DNA from: Lama glama
Taxonomy: Eukaryota
DNA length: 64,000 nt
NCBI GenBank assembly: GCA_028534125.1
Contig: CM052832.1
Location: 13,890,001 to 13,954,000, forward strand
Direction: 5' to 3'
Position numbers and translations under genes: made by a program. Below are positions 1 through 12,473 of this stretch, piece by piece; the first letter of the stretch is position 1; every line of letters starts with the position of its first letter. Below the pieces are notes generated by a model. That model worked only from the letters and a program-made list of their open reading frames with translations. It was not told where the DNA came from and did not search any database.

Positions 1-3000
1 TTCTTCTTTGATGGTGGCTAACTTTACAAGTTAGCCCCTAAGCTGCAGAATACTGAGATGTGATCGTGACCAAACTAAAAGAGGAGTGACATCATACAGA
101 TATCCTGAACTTAATGCTGGGGTGATAACTGACTTTGGACCATCTCCCTAGGGTTTTGATCTTAAAGGACAGTTGTGATGTGTTTGAAGGGAACACTGGC
201 AAGGAGTAGGGATTATAAATAGGAGAGAAGAAGAGTTCATGTGGTTGTTGACCAGCTGAAGGGAGGGACTAAGAGGACAGAGCCCAAATTTCACCAGGAC
301 CAGAAGGATGCAGTGGGACAAGAGGTGTCCTCACAGCAGCCATCGAGGGCCCAGAGGATCACAGAGACCTCTCCCCTCCTTCCTGAAGACACATATGCTT
401 CATCCTACACTCAATCCAACTTGGTCAGGAGAACGGGGTGGTGAGAGGGATCCTAAAGGCTGAGTATTGAATTAAAAAAGACTGGGTAACCTGAAAGTCA
501 CTGTATGCCTCAATTTCAACTGCCACATAAACTAGACAGTCAGAGAAAATTTTAAAGTTACAGTTATTGCACATCTCAATTGTAATTTGAGCCTACTTCT
601 TGGGGAATAAAGGTTATCTGTGGGCTGGGCAGCCACAGTGGAATGGAGGGGGTATCTATGGTTCTTGATTGCCCAGAATCCTTCTGCTTTCTTTTGTGAC
701 AAAAAGCTTCTCTCTACTTGGTCAACTGCCCCTCCCCTTTCCACAAGGCCCAGGTGAGGCTGTCTCCTTAGGGCTCTGCCCAGTGTGGATCATGGGTAGG
801 GGCTGGGGAACCCAAACTAAGAGAACCTGAGACTCTTGATGGGGAATTTGAATCTTGAGTGACTCCCTGTCTGCTCCCTGAGCTGACTCCAGGGTTGTCA
901 CACATCTGACCTTGACCCAGAGCTGTGGGCCCCTTCCCAGAACTGAGATGTCTGTGTCTGAGGCTTAAGCAAAAGGAATGTGTTATAGAGGAGTTTCAGG
1001 TACCACAGGGGCAGGAATGCAGCAGTCATGGGAAGGGTGTGTAGGGTGTGTGTGTAACCAGGACCTGGAAATCCATCAGAAGTCAGAGCATGGCTGCTGC
1101 TGCTTCTTCCTAAAAGGCTAATCGATTCTTTCTCGCCTCTGCAGACCAGCTTTCTCCAGTTCTTCATCAGCACATCAGAAAACTGCCTTCCTGGGCTTCT
1201 ATAGTTCCATGTTTCAGATCAGCTTGAAGGTGAGCTGCTGGGCACAAGCCTACACAAGCCTGTCTAGAACAGACCAGACACAGTTCTAAATGCCTCAGAA
1301 ATACTTGTCCCCCAAGAGAGGGCTTTGGGTCATTCCCATCCGTTGTCCAGTCCACTGAGTTGGGGAGCAAAGACAGCCTCATTTACTAATGTGGCTGCCA
1401 GAGGCACACCCTTGTGTCTGGGGTAGATCTTGGAGAACGTAGTCCGGGGGGACACCCAAGAGGAGTTTGGCACGTCTCTGGGTCTACAGCTACTGTGTCA
1501 CTAGGAGGCATGACACCACCCAACCCCCACCATCCCAGGTGGTAGGACTTGACCAGGGAGAATTTTGCTCCATTTTTGTTTTTTAATTGAGGTACAGTAC
1601 CTATATTACATATGGTAAAATACTCAGATCTTAAGTGCACGGCTAGATGGATTTTTTACATATGTGTTACTAACACCCCAGATCAAGATTTAGAACAATC
1701 CCAACACACTGGAAGGCTCCCTCCTTCCTGCCCCCTCCCAGTGAGTATTCCTCCCAGGGGTAAACCCTGCACATTTTTACCACCATAGATTAGTTTTACC
1801 TCATCTTGTACTTCATGTAGATGGAATCACACAGTCTGCATTCTTTTGCCTGTGGCTTTTCTCTCTCAAAACTATGCTTGTGAGATTAACCTATATGATT
1901 TCATGTGGGAACCAGAACTCGGTTCTTTTTTGAGGGGGGAAAACCCAAAGCAAAAGATGCTTTAGATTGGAGAAGGGGTGATTAGATCTTACGAGGTTTG
2001 GGCACAAAAAGTCCTTAATAATTACCCGCTGCTTACATTTTGGAAGCACAAACAATGGCAAAGTTCTCTTTGCTTTACTCTTCATTTGTAAGGGGAAAAT
2101 CTCTATTCTTTCTTCTCTGGGAGGTTAGCTGTGACCAGCTGGAGATAGTAGGATCGAAGCATTTTTCATAGCTTCATTCACAGATAGAAACAGCTCCTGC
2201 AGTTCCAATGCCTCCCTGGCCTCCTGGCCTTGGCTTGGGAGAAGGGAACCGTAATTACCCTCCCTGTGGCTCTGCTCACAGGAGTACTGGGCTGGAGTGG
2301 GGGTAGGGAGAGAAGGAGGGGCCAGGACAGGTTCATGGGCAAAAGGGGTTTTAAACACTGAGTTCCATAAAAATAAGAGAGGATAGTGTTCCTTTAATCA
2401 ACAGCATTTCTATGTCTCTGGAATTGGGTAGGTTTCTCTCATTTTGAGAGTCTCCTGGCTGGTTCCTCCAACTGCTCCCCTCCTCTCCCCTCCAGCTGCT
2501 CGCCTCCAGTGGTGTAAGGGGGAGTGGCAGGGGGTGGGAGTACATGGGCTTAGCAACACTTCTATGAGGTTTCATATACATTGTCTTATTCAATCCTGAC
2601 CTTACAAAGCAGGAGCCATCAGCCTCCTTGGGTAGATGAAGAAATTGAAGCTCACAGAGCTTACAGATTTATACAACAAGGTCATATGTCTGATTATGGG
2701 GAGTTTTGAGTTCAGTTTTGTCTGGATCAAGGCAGCCCAGTCTGGGGCCTCCATCCACCATCCACCTCCTGGGAGGGGGAAGGAGTCCTTTGCTGCAATG
2801 ACCTGTCCTTAGGGACAGCTGCTCTGGTCCCACACCTGAGCACACGCGGGCATCTGCGCCCTTCCCAGCCTTCAGCCCCTGGGGTCTTCTGAGGCTCACT
2901 AGACCTCCTCATTCTCAGCCAGGACTAACAACTGCTCATGCTCACACGTGGCTTTGGGTAGGGTCAGTGGAAGCCTTAACTAAAGGGATGAATCTTTAAG

Positions 3001-3818
3001 ACTGGAATTACAGATATTAAGTCAAGTAGAAAGAAAATGGGAGCGAATCCTTGGAGAAGTCACTCCTAGGGGTCCCTAAACCACCCTGGCAGGCACCCCC
3101 TGGTGGGAGGGTGGGAGGGAGGCACACCCAGGGTGAGAACACCCATCCCCTGGCCAAGGGTCGCAGAGCTAGTTAGCCCACAGGGACCTGGGCCTGCTCT
3201 CAAATCCCCAAGGGGGCCTGGGAAGATTGAGGAGTGGGGAGGCTGGGACCCCTCCTCACCTAAGCCTGATACTGCCTGATACACCTCACCTGGGTTTGGG
3301 TGGGGTCAAAAGCAGGGCCCAGGCTGGGGTAAGGCAAGAGACGAGTCTAGGATGCAAAACTGAAGGAGGTACTCACAGCCTAGGTGTGTCTCTTACCTCA
3401 CCCCAGTCCCAACCCTGCCACACAGCTCAGGGCACTGGAGGCGAATAACAACAATCGTAGCAGATGGTCTAAGAGTTTTTAAAGTTTAAGCTTCCCCAGT
3501 GATTCTGGCTTCTGATCTAGAGTGACCAGACACAGTTCCAAATGCCTCAGAAATACTTGTCCTTCATAAGAACCATGTGAGATAGGTACTATTATTATCA
3601 ACACTTACATACTGTCCATGGGTGCCAAGTCCTGTTCTAGGCAAGATATATAATACATATAACAATCATAAATTCACTCAACCCTCACAACTCTTATCAG
3701 TTGACAGATAAGGAAACTGAGACTCAGGCAGATAATTTGCCTAGCTAATAACTTGTACAGGGAAAAGTGTTCCAGAGTCCCCACTCTTAACCATGCTGCC
3801 ATATCACCACCACCCCCC

Positions 3819-3820
<2 letters not shown>

Positions 3821-3858
<38 letters not shown>
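3821..3858. repeat. (CA)19 microsatellite in CLPS promoter
   Basis: Perfect CA run directly upstream of the PTF1-like site. Confidence 0.95.
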
Positions 3859-3860
<2 letters not shown>

Positions 3861-3865
3861 GGTGC

Positions 3866-3985
3866 CAGATGTCTGTCTCCCAGCTACCTTATCAGGACCC
3901 CAGCCCCAGCAGATTGGCCACAGCTGGGCCTCTGCTCACGGCAGGCCCTGTGGGATTGGGAAAGTGGGTCAGATCTCTTTTATAG
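3866..3985 (+). promoter_or_regulatory. CLPS: CLPS proximal promoter: PTF1-like E-box+TC-box, GATA site, TATA-like box
   Basis: CAGATG-tctg-TCTCCCA 3866-3882, CTTATC ~3888, CAGCTG 3921-3926, TGGGAAA 3957-3963, TTTTATAG ~3978-3985, about 80 nt upstream of the ATG. Confidence 0.6.
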
Positions 3986-4062
3986 CCCCACCACCCTCTC
4001 TGGTTCTGCCTTTTGCCACCTGACCTGCCAGCTGCTACCTACACCAGCAGTGCCCATTCATC

Positions 4063-5945
4063 ATGGAGAAGGTCCTTGTCCTCCTGCTGGTCGCCCTCAC
4101 AGTAGCCTATGCGGTTCCCGACCCCCGGGGAATCATTATCAACCTGGTAAGAGGGTCCTCAGGGGTGGAGTTACCTGAACCCCCAGGTGGGGATTTTTTT
4201 AAGCGTGGATCTTGACCTCTGGGTAGGTCAAGATGTCCCCACCTGGGGCTGCCCCAGGGTGCTGGGGGGTGAGATGTCTCTTCCCTTACTGCCTGTGCTG
4301 CACCCCTTCCCCCGCGGGCCCTAGAAAAGGCTGATCAACATGGAGCATGCTCAGAGCAGTGGTTCCACCTGGCTGAGGAAACTATAAAAATCCAGAACCC
4401 TGGGTTTCCACCCTGGAAACCCTGGCTCAGAAAGTCCAGTCGTTTAAAAATCTTCCCCAGTGATTCTGGTTTCTGTCCTAGAGTGACCAGACAGTCCTAA
4501 ATTCCTCAGTAATACTTATTTGGTCTTCATAAGAACCACGTGGCATAGGTACTCTTATTATCAACCCCACTTTCAAAGGAAAAGCTGACACAGAGAAAGG
4601 TTAAGTAACCTGCCTGAGGTCACACAGCTGGAAAGTCTTGAGCAGGAACTGACGCCCAGGCCGGCGGGCCCTAGAGCCTTGCTCTCACCACTGCCTCCCT
4701 GACTGTCTCTCTGCCAAGGGCAGAACCAGGAAAGCTCTTTGGGATAAGAACTCAGTTCAAAGGTTCTTAACTCAGGGTCATGCTGGGAGGGTCCAGGATC
4801 CTCCTGGGATTATTTGTAAGAGTTTGTAGAGGGGGAGGGAGGGGTTTTCCAGGGAGATGGTCCTCAACTTTCACAGGCTCCTCAAAGGATTGGGAGACCC
4901 AGGGAGGTTTGGAGACCCTGTTTGGGGCCCACATGTGCACGTTCCAGATGGGAATACTGAGCGACTCGCCCAGGCTCACCGGGGAGCTGGTAGCTCAGCC
5001 AGTACTAGAACCCAGGTGTCCTCTCCCCACCCTGGGCTGCTTCTCTGGCACCGGACTGCCTGCTTCTCACGTGGGTGGGGGGTCGGGGTGGACAGAGAGG
5101 CCCCCAGCCCCAGGGGTTGGATTCCTTCACACATGCCCCCCAGCAGGGAAGGCGCTGTAAGCCGTAGTGGGTGGTGGAGTACGGGTCTGGGTGGAAAAGA
5201 GGCCCCAGGGTGGGAATCCTGGGCTGACCGGCTGCCCTTGGCAGGATGCAGGCGAGCTCTGCCTGAACAGTGTCCAGTGCAAGAGCAAGTGCTGCCACCG
5301 TGAAACTGGCCTGAGCCTGGCCCGCTGCGCACCCAAGGCCAGCGAGAACAGCGAGTGCTCCGCTTGGGTGAGCGCCGGACATGGGCCAGGGCGGGGCGAG
5401 GGGGCGGCAGGGAGGACAGCTCAGAGGAGAGGGCCCTTGAGGCTTGGGGGTGGGGTCAGGGAGGAGCGTCAGCCTGGACATTGTTGATGAGACAAAGAGA
5501 GGGAGGTCAACAGGCTTTCCCTTTCCCATCCCATCACCTCTCTTGACCCTCACAACCATCCAGTGAGTTGGGTGGGGCTGCGATCTGTCACCCCTATTTC
5601 ATGGATGGGTAAAGAGAGGCTCCCCAGAGAGATCAAGTAAGAACAAGTGAGCCACAGAGTGGAGACCAAGACCTAGGTCCTCCAGGCCCACAGCGCCCCG
5701 TAGGGAGGCGGTCAGGAGAAGCACCATCTGAAAAGAGACTATTCAGGCAGGGGCGAGTGATGCCCAAAGCAGCCCCCAGAGCCTGAGATTCCACCGGCTC
5801 CGTGTCTCCGCAGACACTCTATGGGGTTTACTACAAGTGTCCCTGTGAGCGGGGCCTGACCTGTGAGGTGGACAAGACCATCGTGGGCTCCATCACCAAC
5901 ACCAACTTTGGCATCTGCCTCGATGTTGGAAGTTCCAGTGAGTGA
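4063..5945 (+). CDS. CLPS: Pancreatic colipase precursor, 3 coding exons (4063-4146, 5245-5367, 5814-5945), 112 aa
   Basis: Splices to MEKVLVLLLVALTVAYAVPDPRGIIINL/DAGELCLNSVQCKSKCCHRETGLSLARCAPKASENSECSAW/TLYGVYYKCPCERGLTCEVDKTIVGSITNTNFGICLDVGSSSE*. Signal peptide, VPDPR activation peptide, all 10 colipase cysteines, phase-0 GT-AG introns. Confidence 0.98.
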
Positions 5946-6064
5946 AAGCACTCACCCAGCCCCGCATCTAGCCCAGCGCGCAGAAGGACACTTCTCCTCC
6001 ACCCCCGCTCTGGGGCTGACCACCCTCTTGACCAGTACCTCATCTTCTAAGTGGGTTCTTAGCA

Positions 6065-6070
6065 ATTAAA
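6065..6070 (+). other. CLPS: CLPS polyadenylation signal (ATTAAA)
   Basis: ATTAAA about 120 nt after the TGA stop. Confidence 0.75.
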
Positions 6071-6662
6071 GCCACTCCTGCAAACCTTCCCCAGGCCCCT
6101 GGATGTTCTTGCTGAGTGAGCGTCTTCCTTGATGTTACATTGAGCCTTTGACCTATCAGGGCAGACGTCAGACATGTCCAGAAATGAGGAATGGATCTGG
6201 GGCCAGGCAGGATGAGGCTGACAGGCTGGAGACAAGGTTGTAAAACAGCCCAGCCAGGCTGGGAACCTCTCCATTTCTGGGGAGCAATCACACCTCCCTG
6301 GGATGCCCTCCTTGCCCCTTGCCTGTTCTCAGACAGGCAGGCACCTGTCTGACCACATCTAGAGGGAATGGGATTGTCATGACTGGCTTAGACTGATTAT
6401 GATCCCTCTCCCAGGGCTGGTCACATTACTGCCCAAACAATATTGGGACTCAGCAAGGAGAGGGGCAATAGCTACCAGCAAACATTGAAAGCTCTTTGTT
6501 TTATGCATCATCCCTCCCTCCTTACTCCTCCCCTGTCAGGGGAGGCACTGGGGGCCAGGGTCAGGAACACACAGTTCTGAGTGGGAGTGGGTGGAGAAAA
6601 AGTGGGGGGAGGCAAGGAAGAGAGAGCATTAAAAGAAAGCTTTCTTGGCTGGCTTCTTTTTT

Positions 6663-9600
6663 TCAATTTTTTTTTTTACAATGGCTGTAGATGATTTTAA
6701 ATAATTTCTCATTCTTTGGAAATACACAAATCAGGTCCAGCTGGCAGGGACACTCATTATACAGGCTGAAGAAGGTCTGGGAAAGGCAAGACACTGACCT
6801 TGACCGTGGGGCCTGCTCTGCCCTCAGCCCTGAGGAGGCAGCCTCCACTCCCACCGCAGCCCAGCTCTGGGGCCCATCTGCTTGCACACAGCAGAATAGC
6901 CTGGGTGTAAAGGACCTCCTCATCCAGCTGCTCAGAGTCTGTGCCTCTGGTCACCTCCTCCAGGCTGACCCCTAGGGTTGCTCATGCCCTCCTAACTCCA
7001 TCCCTGGCATCACTGTTCCCCTGTTAATCCATCTGCTTGTCCTAAGTGGATGAACACTGACAGGGGGCCCTATCTTTTCTTCCTAAATCCTTCCATTGGC
7101 AGATCAACTCCTTTCTCCTACACACTCAGCTCAGAGGCTCCCTCAGCCCACCTCCCCCCCAAGAGTACCCTGGGGCCACAGCCAGACTCCTGGGACTTGG
7201 GATGAGAGTGGTTTGAGGCAGAGGTAGAACCTGGGTTAGGGCCAGACCTAGCCGTTCCCATTTTACAGTGCTAATTTTGGGGTTTGCTGAGATGTCTCCT
7301 GAGGAAAGGGAATCCATATTAGAAATAGAAGCATCACTACACCCCATGCCTGGTCCTCCATCCAGGATTCCAAACCCTTGGGGTCGGGACCCTGTTTGGG
7401 TCTGTCCACAGGCTACCCAAGGTTGCTCGTAGACGCTGTTCCAGTAGAGAATTCCCAGGTCATTTCTGCTCACCTACTTCTCCCTCCTTCCCCCGGGCTC
7501 TGCGTCCGTCCTGGCTCCACCTTCCGTGGGTCCCGCTTCCTCAGCTCCCCTGGACATCCACCTGCCTGTGACAGGCAATGCCCTTGGACCCCTTTAAGGA
7601 GAAGTGCAACTGGCAGTTCTTAGCTGCCCTGCAGCAGCATCCGCTCTTGCACTTCTTGCTCTGGGCGCAAAGCTCCCTGGTGTTCTGCAGAGAGACAGCC
7701 CGCCAGCTCCACCGCGGCATCTGTGCAAATGAGGGTGGGGGCCAGAGGGCACGCAGGACCTGACTTGTACCTAGAAGGGACTAAATAGATGTTGAAGGTT
7801 TGCCCTTAGTGTTCCCCAAATAGGTTACTACTACTCTGGTACACACCAGAGTGAGCCAGACCTTCCTGTCTTCCACTGCACAGTCTCCTCTTCTGAAAAC
7901 TCCTACTTCCCCTTTTGGCCGAGCTAGGTTGTCACCTCTCCCCGCTCCCACACACACACTCACACACATCAATAGCCCCAATGCTGGGGCTTATGACATT
8001 ACATTATCCACCACTGCCATTCATCATTCCTCTGTCAGACAATTTCAATAATCTTTCAACAAGCAAAATACTGAGTACCTACTGTGTCCAGGTCCTGGGG
8101 ATACAGCTGGAAACAAAACCTAGAGAAATGGAGCCAACAATCCAGAGCAGCAGTCCAGTAGAACTTTCTGCAATGATGAAAGTGTGCCTTTTCTGCATTG
8201 TCCCATTCACCTAGCCACATGTAGCTACTGAGCACTAAAAATGTGGCTGGTATGACCAAGGAGCTGAATTTTACATATTGTTTAACTTTAATTAATTTTA
8301 ATTTAAGTAACTGCATGTGACTAGTTATTACACTATTGGACAAGGACAGCTCTAGGGGAGAAGAAGACACATAATAAATACATAAGTGAAATAGATAGGG
8401 TGTCACAGACAAAGTGTTAAGCAAAAAAAGCTAGTTTAAAAAAATACTGTGTGATTCCATTATATGAATTTTTAAAAACAGACAAAACTAATTTTATAAC
8501 CGTAGAGGTCAGGAGAGTGTTACCTTTGGAGCGACTGACTGGAAGCAAGCAAAAGGGAGCCTCCTGGGGAGCTGGAAATGTTCTGTATCTTGATCTGGGT
8601 GGTGGCTATGGGGGTGTTTGCAAAAGTTAAAAAATTAATTGATTTTAATGTAAAATCAAGATAGGAGCATTTTACTGTATGCAATTTTTTACTTAACATG
8701 TATATGGTATTATTAATTAACAATTATGATTTATATTATATACATATAATCACCTAGTACGTATGCTGTTAAGCGCTATAAAGAAAATAGAGCAGGAAAG
8801 GAGGACAGGATTGGGAGTAGCCTCTTCCTGGTCTCCCTGAATCCGCTCTGGCCAGTAACCCACCCTGGTCTGCCCACATTCTCTGCCCACCCCCTCAACT
8901 GGCCACACAGTCCTACCATCCCCCCTCCTCCCATCAATTCTTCCCAGAACAACTAGAGGAATCTTTTTTTAAAAAGATAAATCCCACCTTGTCATTCCCA
9001 TGCTTCAAAGCCTCCAAGGACTTCCCAGGGCATCTCGATCTAGAAACTCTTTACGGGACCTGCTGTCTTGTTCACTACTGTCTTTCCTAGCTCCTAGGAC
9101 TGAAGTCCTCACACACAGTAAGTGCTGAATGCAGAACTGCTGAATAAATGAGGATATTCTAATACTCGGTTCCTTTGATCTCTCTGACCTCATCTCCTAT
9201 TATTTCCAATCTCTCTCTCTCTCTTTATTTTATTTTATTTATTTATTTATTTATTTTTTTGCTATTTCTTGAATATGCCAGGCAAAGTCCCTCATCTGCT
9301 GCCTGTTCCCTCCACCGGGACTGCTCTTTGCCCTGCCTGCCTGGCTCCCTTTAGGAAAGACCTCACTCCCTTTAGGTCTTTGCTCTGAAATTTCACGTTT
9401 TCAGTAAGGTCTTCCCTGAGTACCCTCTCCTCACACCACTACTCCGGAAGCCCCTTCCTTATTTTCTTTAGCCTCAGGTCTTGATCATCTGGAATATATT
9501 AATATTTTGCTTAATTGCCTCCTACAGTAGAGTGCCAGCTCTATCAGGGCAAGGATTTTTGTGTCTTTTTCACAGTCCTAGAAAAATAATTTACATATAG

Positions 9601-9991
9601 TAGGTGCTTAATAAAACGTGTTGAAGGAATGAGTGTCTGTCAGACCAGCTATGAGCCTGGGGCAGGATTGCTGGGTCATAGTCACCTCTGCAGTGGCAGC
9701 AACTGGCAGGGTCCTGGCAGCCCCCAGGACTCAGAAGAGCCTCCTTTGTCCCCTCAGGCATCCTCCACCCAGCACTCTGTGCTGCCCCCCACTTCTGGCT
9801 TTTGCCCACATCAGCCTCTGTGCCCACCTTCCCTCCCCAAATAGTATGGGTCTTAGGATGGTGGCAGATGGTGTGCCTTCTACGTTCCTTACCAAACTTC
9901 TGCTTTCTCCCTGGAAAAATGAGCCCCCAGTGAGGAGGAAGAAAAAAGAGAGGAGGAAGAGGAGAACCAGGAGCAGTAGTTGCCGCATCAT
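6663..9991 (-). CDS. CLPSL1: Colipase-like protein 1, 3 exons (9991-9893, 7684-7562, 6776-6663), 111 aa as sequenced; possibly degenerating
   Basis: MMRQLLLLVLLFLLSFFFLLTGGSFFQGESRSL/NTRELCAQSKKCKSGCCCRAAKNCQLHFSLKGSKGIACHRQ/TFFSLYNECPCQLDLICVFPKNEKLFKIIYSHCKKKN*. Signal peptide, 123-nt exon 2 as in CLPS, CPC motif, tail-to-tail with CLPS as in human. Confidence 0.88.
8145..8345. mobile_element. MER3-like hAT DNA transposon remnant
   Basis: gtccagtagaactttctgcaatgatg...tattggaca with central gctactgagcact, typical of MER3. Confidence 0.6.
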
Positions 9992-11524
9992 GGCCCAGAG
10001 GTGGTGGCGGAGCTTCTAAGGTCCAGCTAAAGACCCTGCATCTGCCATGCAACTGCCACATGACCAAGGCCTGGAGGGGAGGTAATGAGGTGTGAATGCC
10101 CAGTCCTGGGGTTGACGGGGAGAGGTTGGCAGTGCCAGCCCCCAGACCAAAGGGACAGAGGAACAAGCAGTTGTGGTAGATGTTCCCAAGAATGGCTGCT
10201 GCTTCTTGGACCCTTAGCTGTGCTCATCGCTGCCTGTAACATATCTAGTCTGTGTGCTTGGGCTCTGGCTCCAATAAGATCTGATTCAATCTCATCTCTG
10301 CTGCCTAATGGCTATGTGATCATGGACAAACTTCTTAACTTCTTTGAGCTTCAGTTTTCCCATCTGCAAAATGGGGCATAACAGTGCATCACAGGGATGA
10401 GGCAGTGCTTAAATTAAATAGCAAGAACTGGGCTTCACATAAAAAGGCACCCAATAAATAGAAACTGTTATCATTACCTTTACAGTTAAAAGGTCTCAGA
10501 GTTAGAAGGATTCCAAAAGACTCCCTCATCCAATCTAACTGTATATTATTGTTAAAAAAATAACAGCATTGTGAATATTTTTTTCTCAGATGAGGTAAGT
10601 AAGGCTCAGAGAGGTTGCCAAACCTCCCCAAAGTCACAAAGCTATCGAGTAATAGACGATTAGACTCAGTTTTCATCTTTCCACTCCCTCTGAAGGCCTT
10701 CAGTTAGAATTTCAGTAACTCCCTCTCTTAAGAAAACACACTACTCCTGAATGCATTTCTGTAGGTCTTTTTGGCAAGCATGAGAATTATAAGCCCAGGA
10801 CGCACAGCCATGAGTGGGTTGTGGTGGCAGATCATCAAAACCAGTCTTGAGAGTGGGAACAGGTGATAATACTAAGGGCAGCACAGCAGAAGACATTTTT
10901 ATAAACATTAGTCCCAGCAGGCAAGAAAATGCCATGGGAACAAACTACCCAGGAATCACAGAGGCATAACACAACAGAAGTGGATTTCTTGCTCCTGTAA
11001 AGTCAATTGTCAGTCAGGATGCTCTCCAGGGTGGCTGTTCTCCATGCGGTAACTGGGTGACCCAGGCACCTCCCCTCCATAGATCCCTGCCTCACCACCC
11101 AGCTGTGGCAAGGAGAGAGATAGGAGAATTCACAGATTTTCTGAGTGCCTCACGAGAGTGAAATCAACCCCCACCCAAAATTGGTTTGGATGTTGGGACT
11201 GATGGTGCCACACATACTAAGACAATAAGGAAAGGTTTATTACTCGAGTAATGGAAATTTCTGGGGCCAGCAGGGTAGGTGTGAGGAGGTGTGAGTGGCA
11301 AGGATGAAGGGGTAGTTAGCTTTGACTTTTATTGTGGCTGAGAGGCGGGGCCAGGGTGAGGGTTCCTGTGGGCAGGCTGGGGTTTGTGTGGGTTGCACTC
11401 CCCACCAGCACCAAGGGAGGGAGCATTTGCTCTTCTTATTGGTTTGCCTAGATGGAGGAGGCAAAGGGGGAGTGAGGGCTTGAAAGCTGTCACTAGCCAA
11501 TCATCAAAAATGGAGTCTTCCAAC

Positions 11525-11810
11525 CTGAAACCAGGAAACTCCTCAAAGAAAACATAGGCAGGTTTTTGCATCAGTCTTAGCAATATCTTTATAGATGTGA
11601 CTCTTTAGGCAAGGGAAACAAAAGCAAAAATAAACAAATGGAACTACATCAACTAAAGAGCTTCTGCACAGCAAAGGAAACCATCAACAAAATGCAAAGA
11701 CAGCCTACCAAAGGGGAGAAGTTATTTGCAATGATATATGCAATAAGGTGCTAATATCTGAAATACATAAAGAACTTACACAAACCAACAACAATGGAAA
11801 AAAAAAACCC
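11525..11810 (+). mobile_element. LINE-1 ORF2 fragment
   Basis: gaaacaaaagcaaaaataaacaaatggaactacatc...cttctgcacagcaaaggaaaccatcaacaaaat, typical L1 ORF2 sequence. Confidence 0.85.
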
Positions 11811-12333
11811 GATTAGAGCTGCCTAACAGTACATCATTAACTCTAGGTCCTGGGATCTAAGCTCCCTTGGCTTATTACAGTAATAATAAGGGGTTTTGTG
11901 GCAGTAAATTTCTCCCACTATTTTCCCTTTGTCCTTTAATAATAGAACCCCCAGGCTTTAGCTGGGCACATGGATACCCAGATGAAAACTACATTTTCCA
12001 GCCTCCTTTGCAGCTAGCTGCAGCCGCATGACTAAGTTTTGCCTAATGGGATGTTTAGTGAAAATAATCCATGCTGCCCTTTTAAAGAGAGTGAGCTATT
12101 TGCTGTCCCTGTGCCCTCTTTCTTCTAACTGGAATGTGGATCCAACAGATATGATGATGAGCCATATTCTACTATGTGAAGGAAAGAAACATCCTGATAG
12201 AGCTTCCGGAGGAGTGTGTCTGGAGATGTTGATGCCATCTGCCTTCGGGAGAGCCTCTTTAGGGCCCCAAAGTCCTTCTGCTCTTACCCCAAGGTGCTAA
12301 ACAGATAAGGTGTTTCTATATGTGCTGTGTTGT

Positions 12334-12413
12334 AAAAAAGGAAGAAAGGAAGAAAGAAAGGAAGAAAGGAAGAAAAGAAAGAAAAGAAAGAAAGAAAAGA
12401 AAGCAAGAAAGGA

Positions 12414-12473
<60 letters not shown>

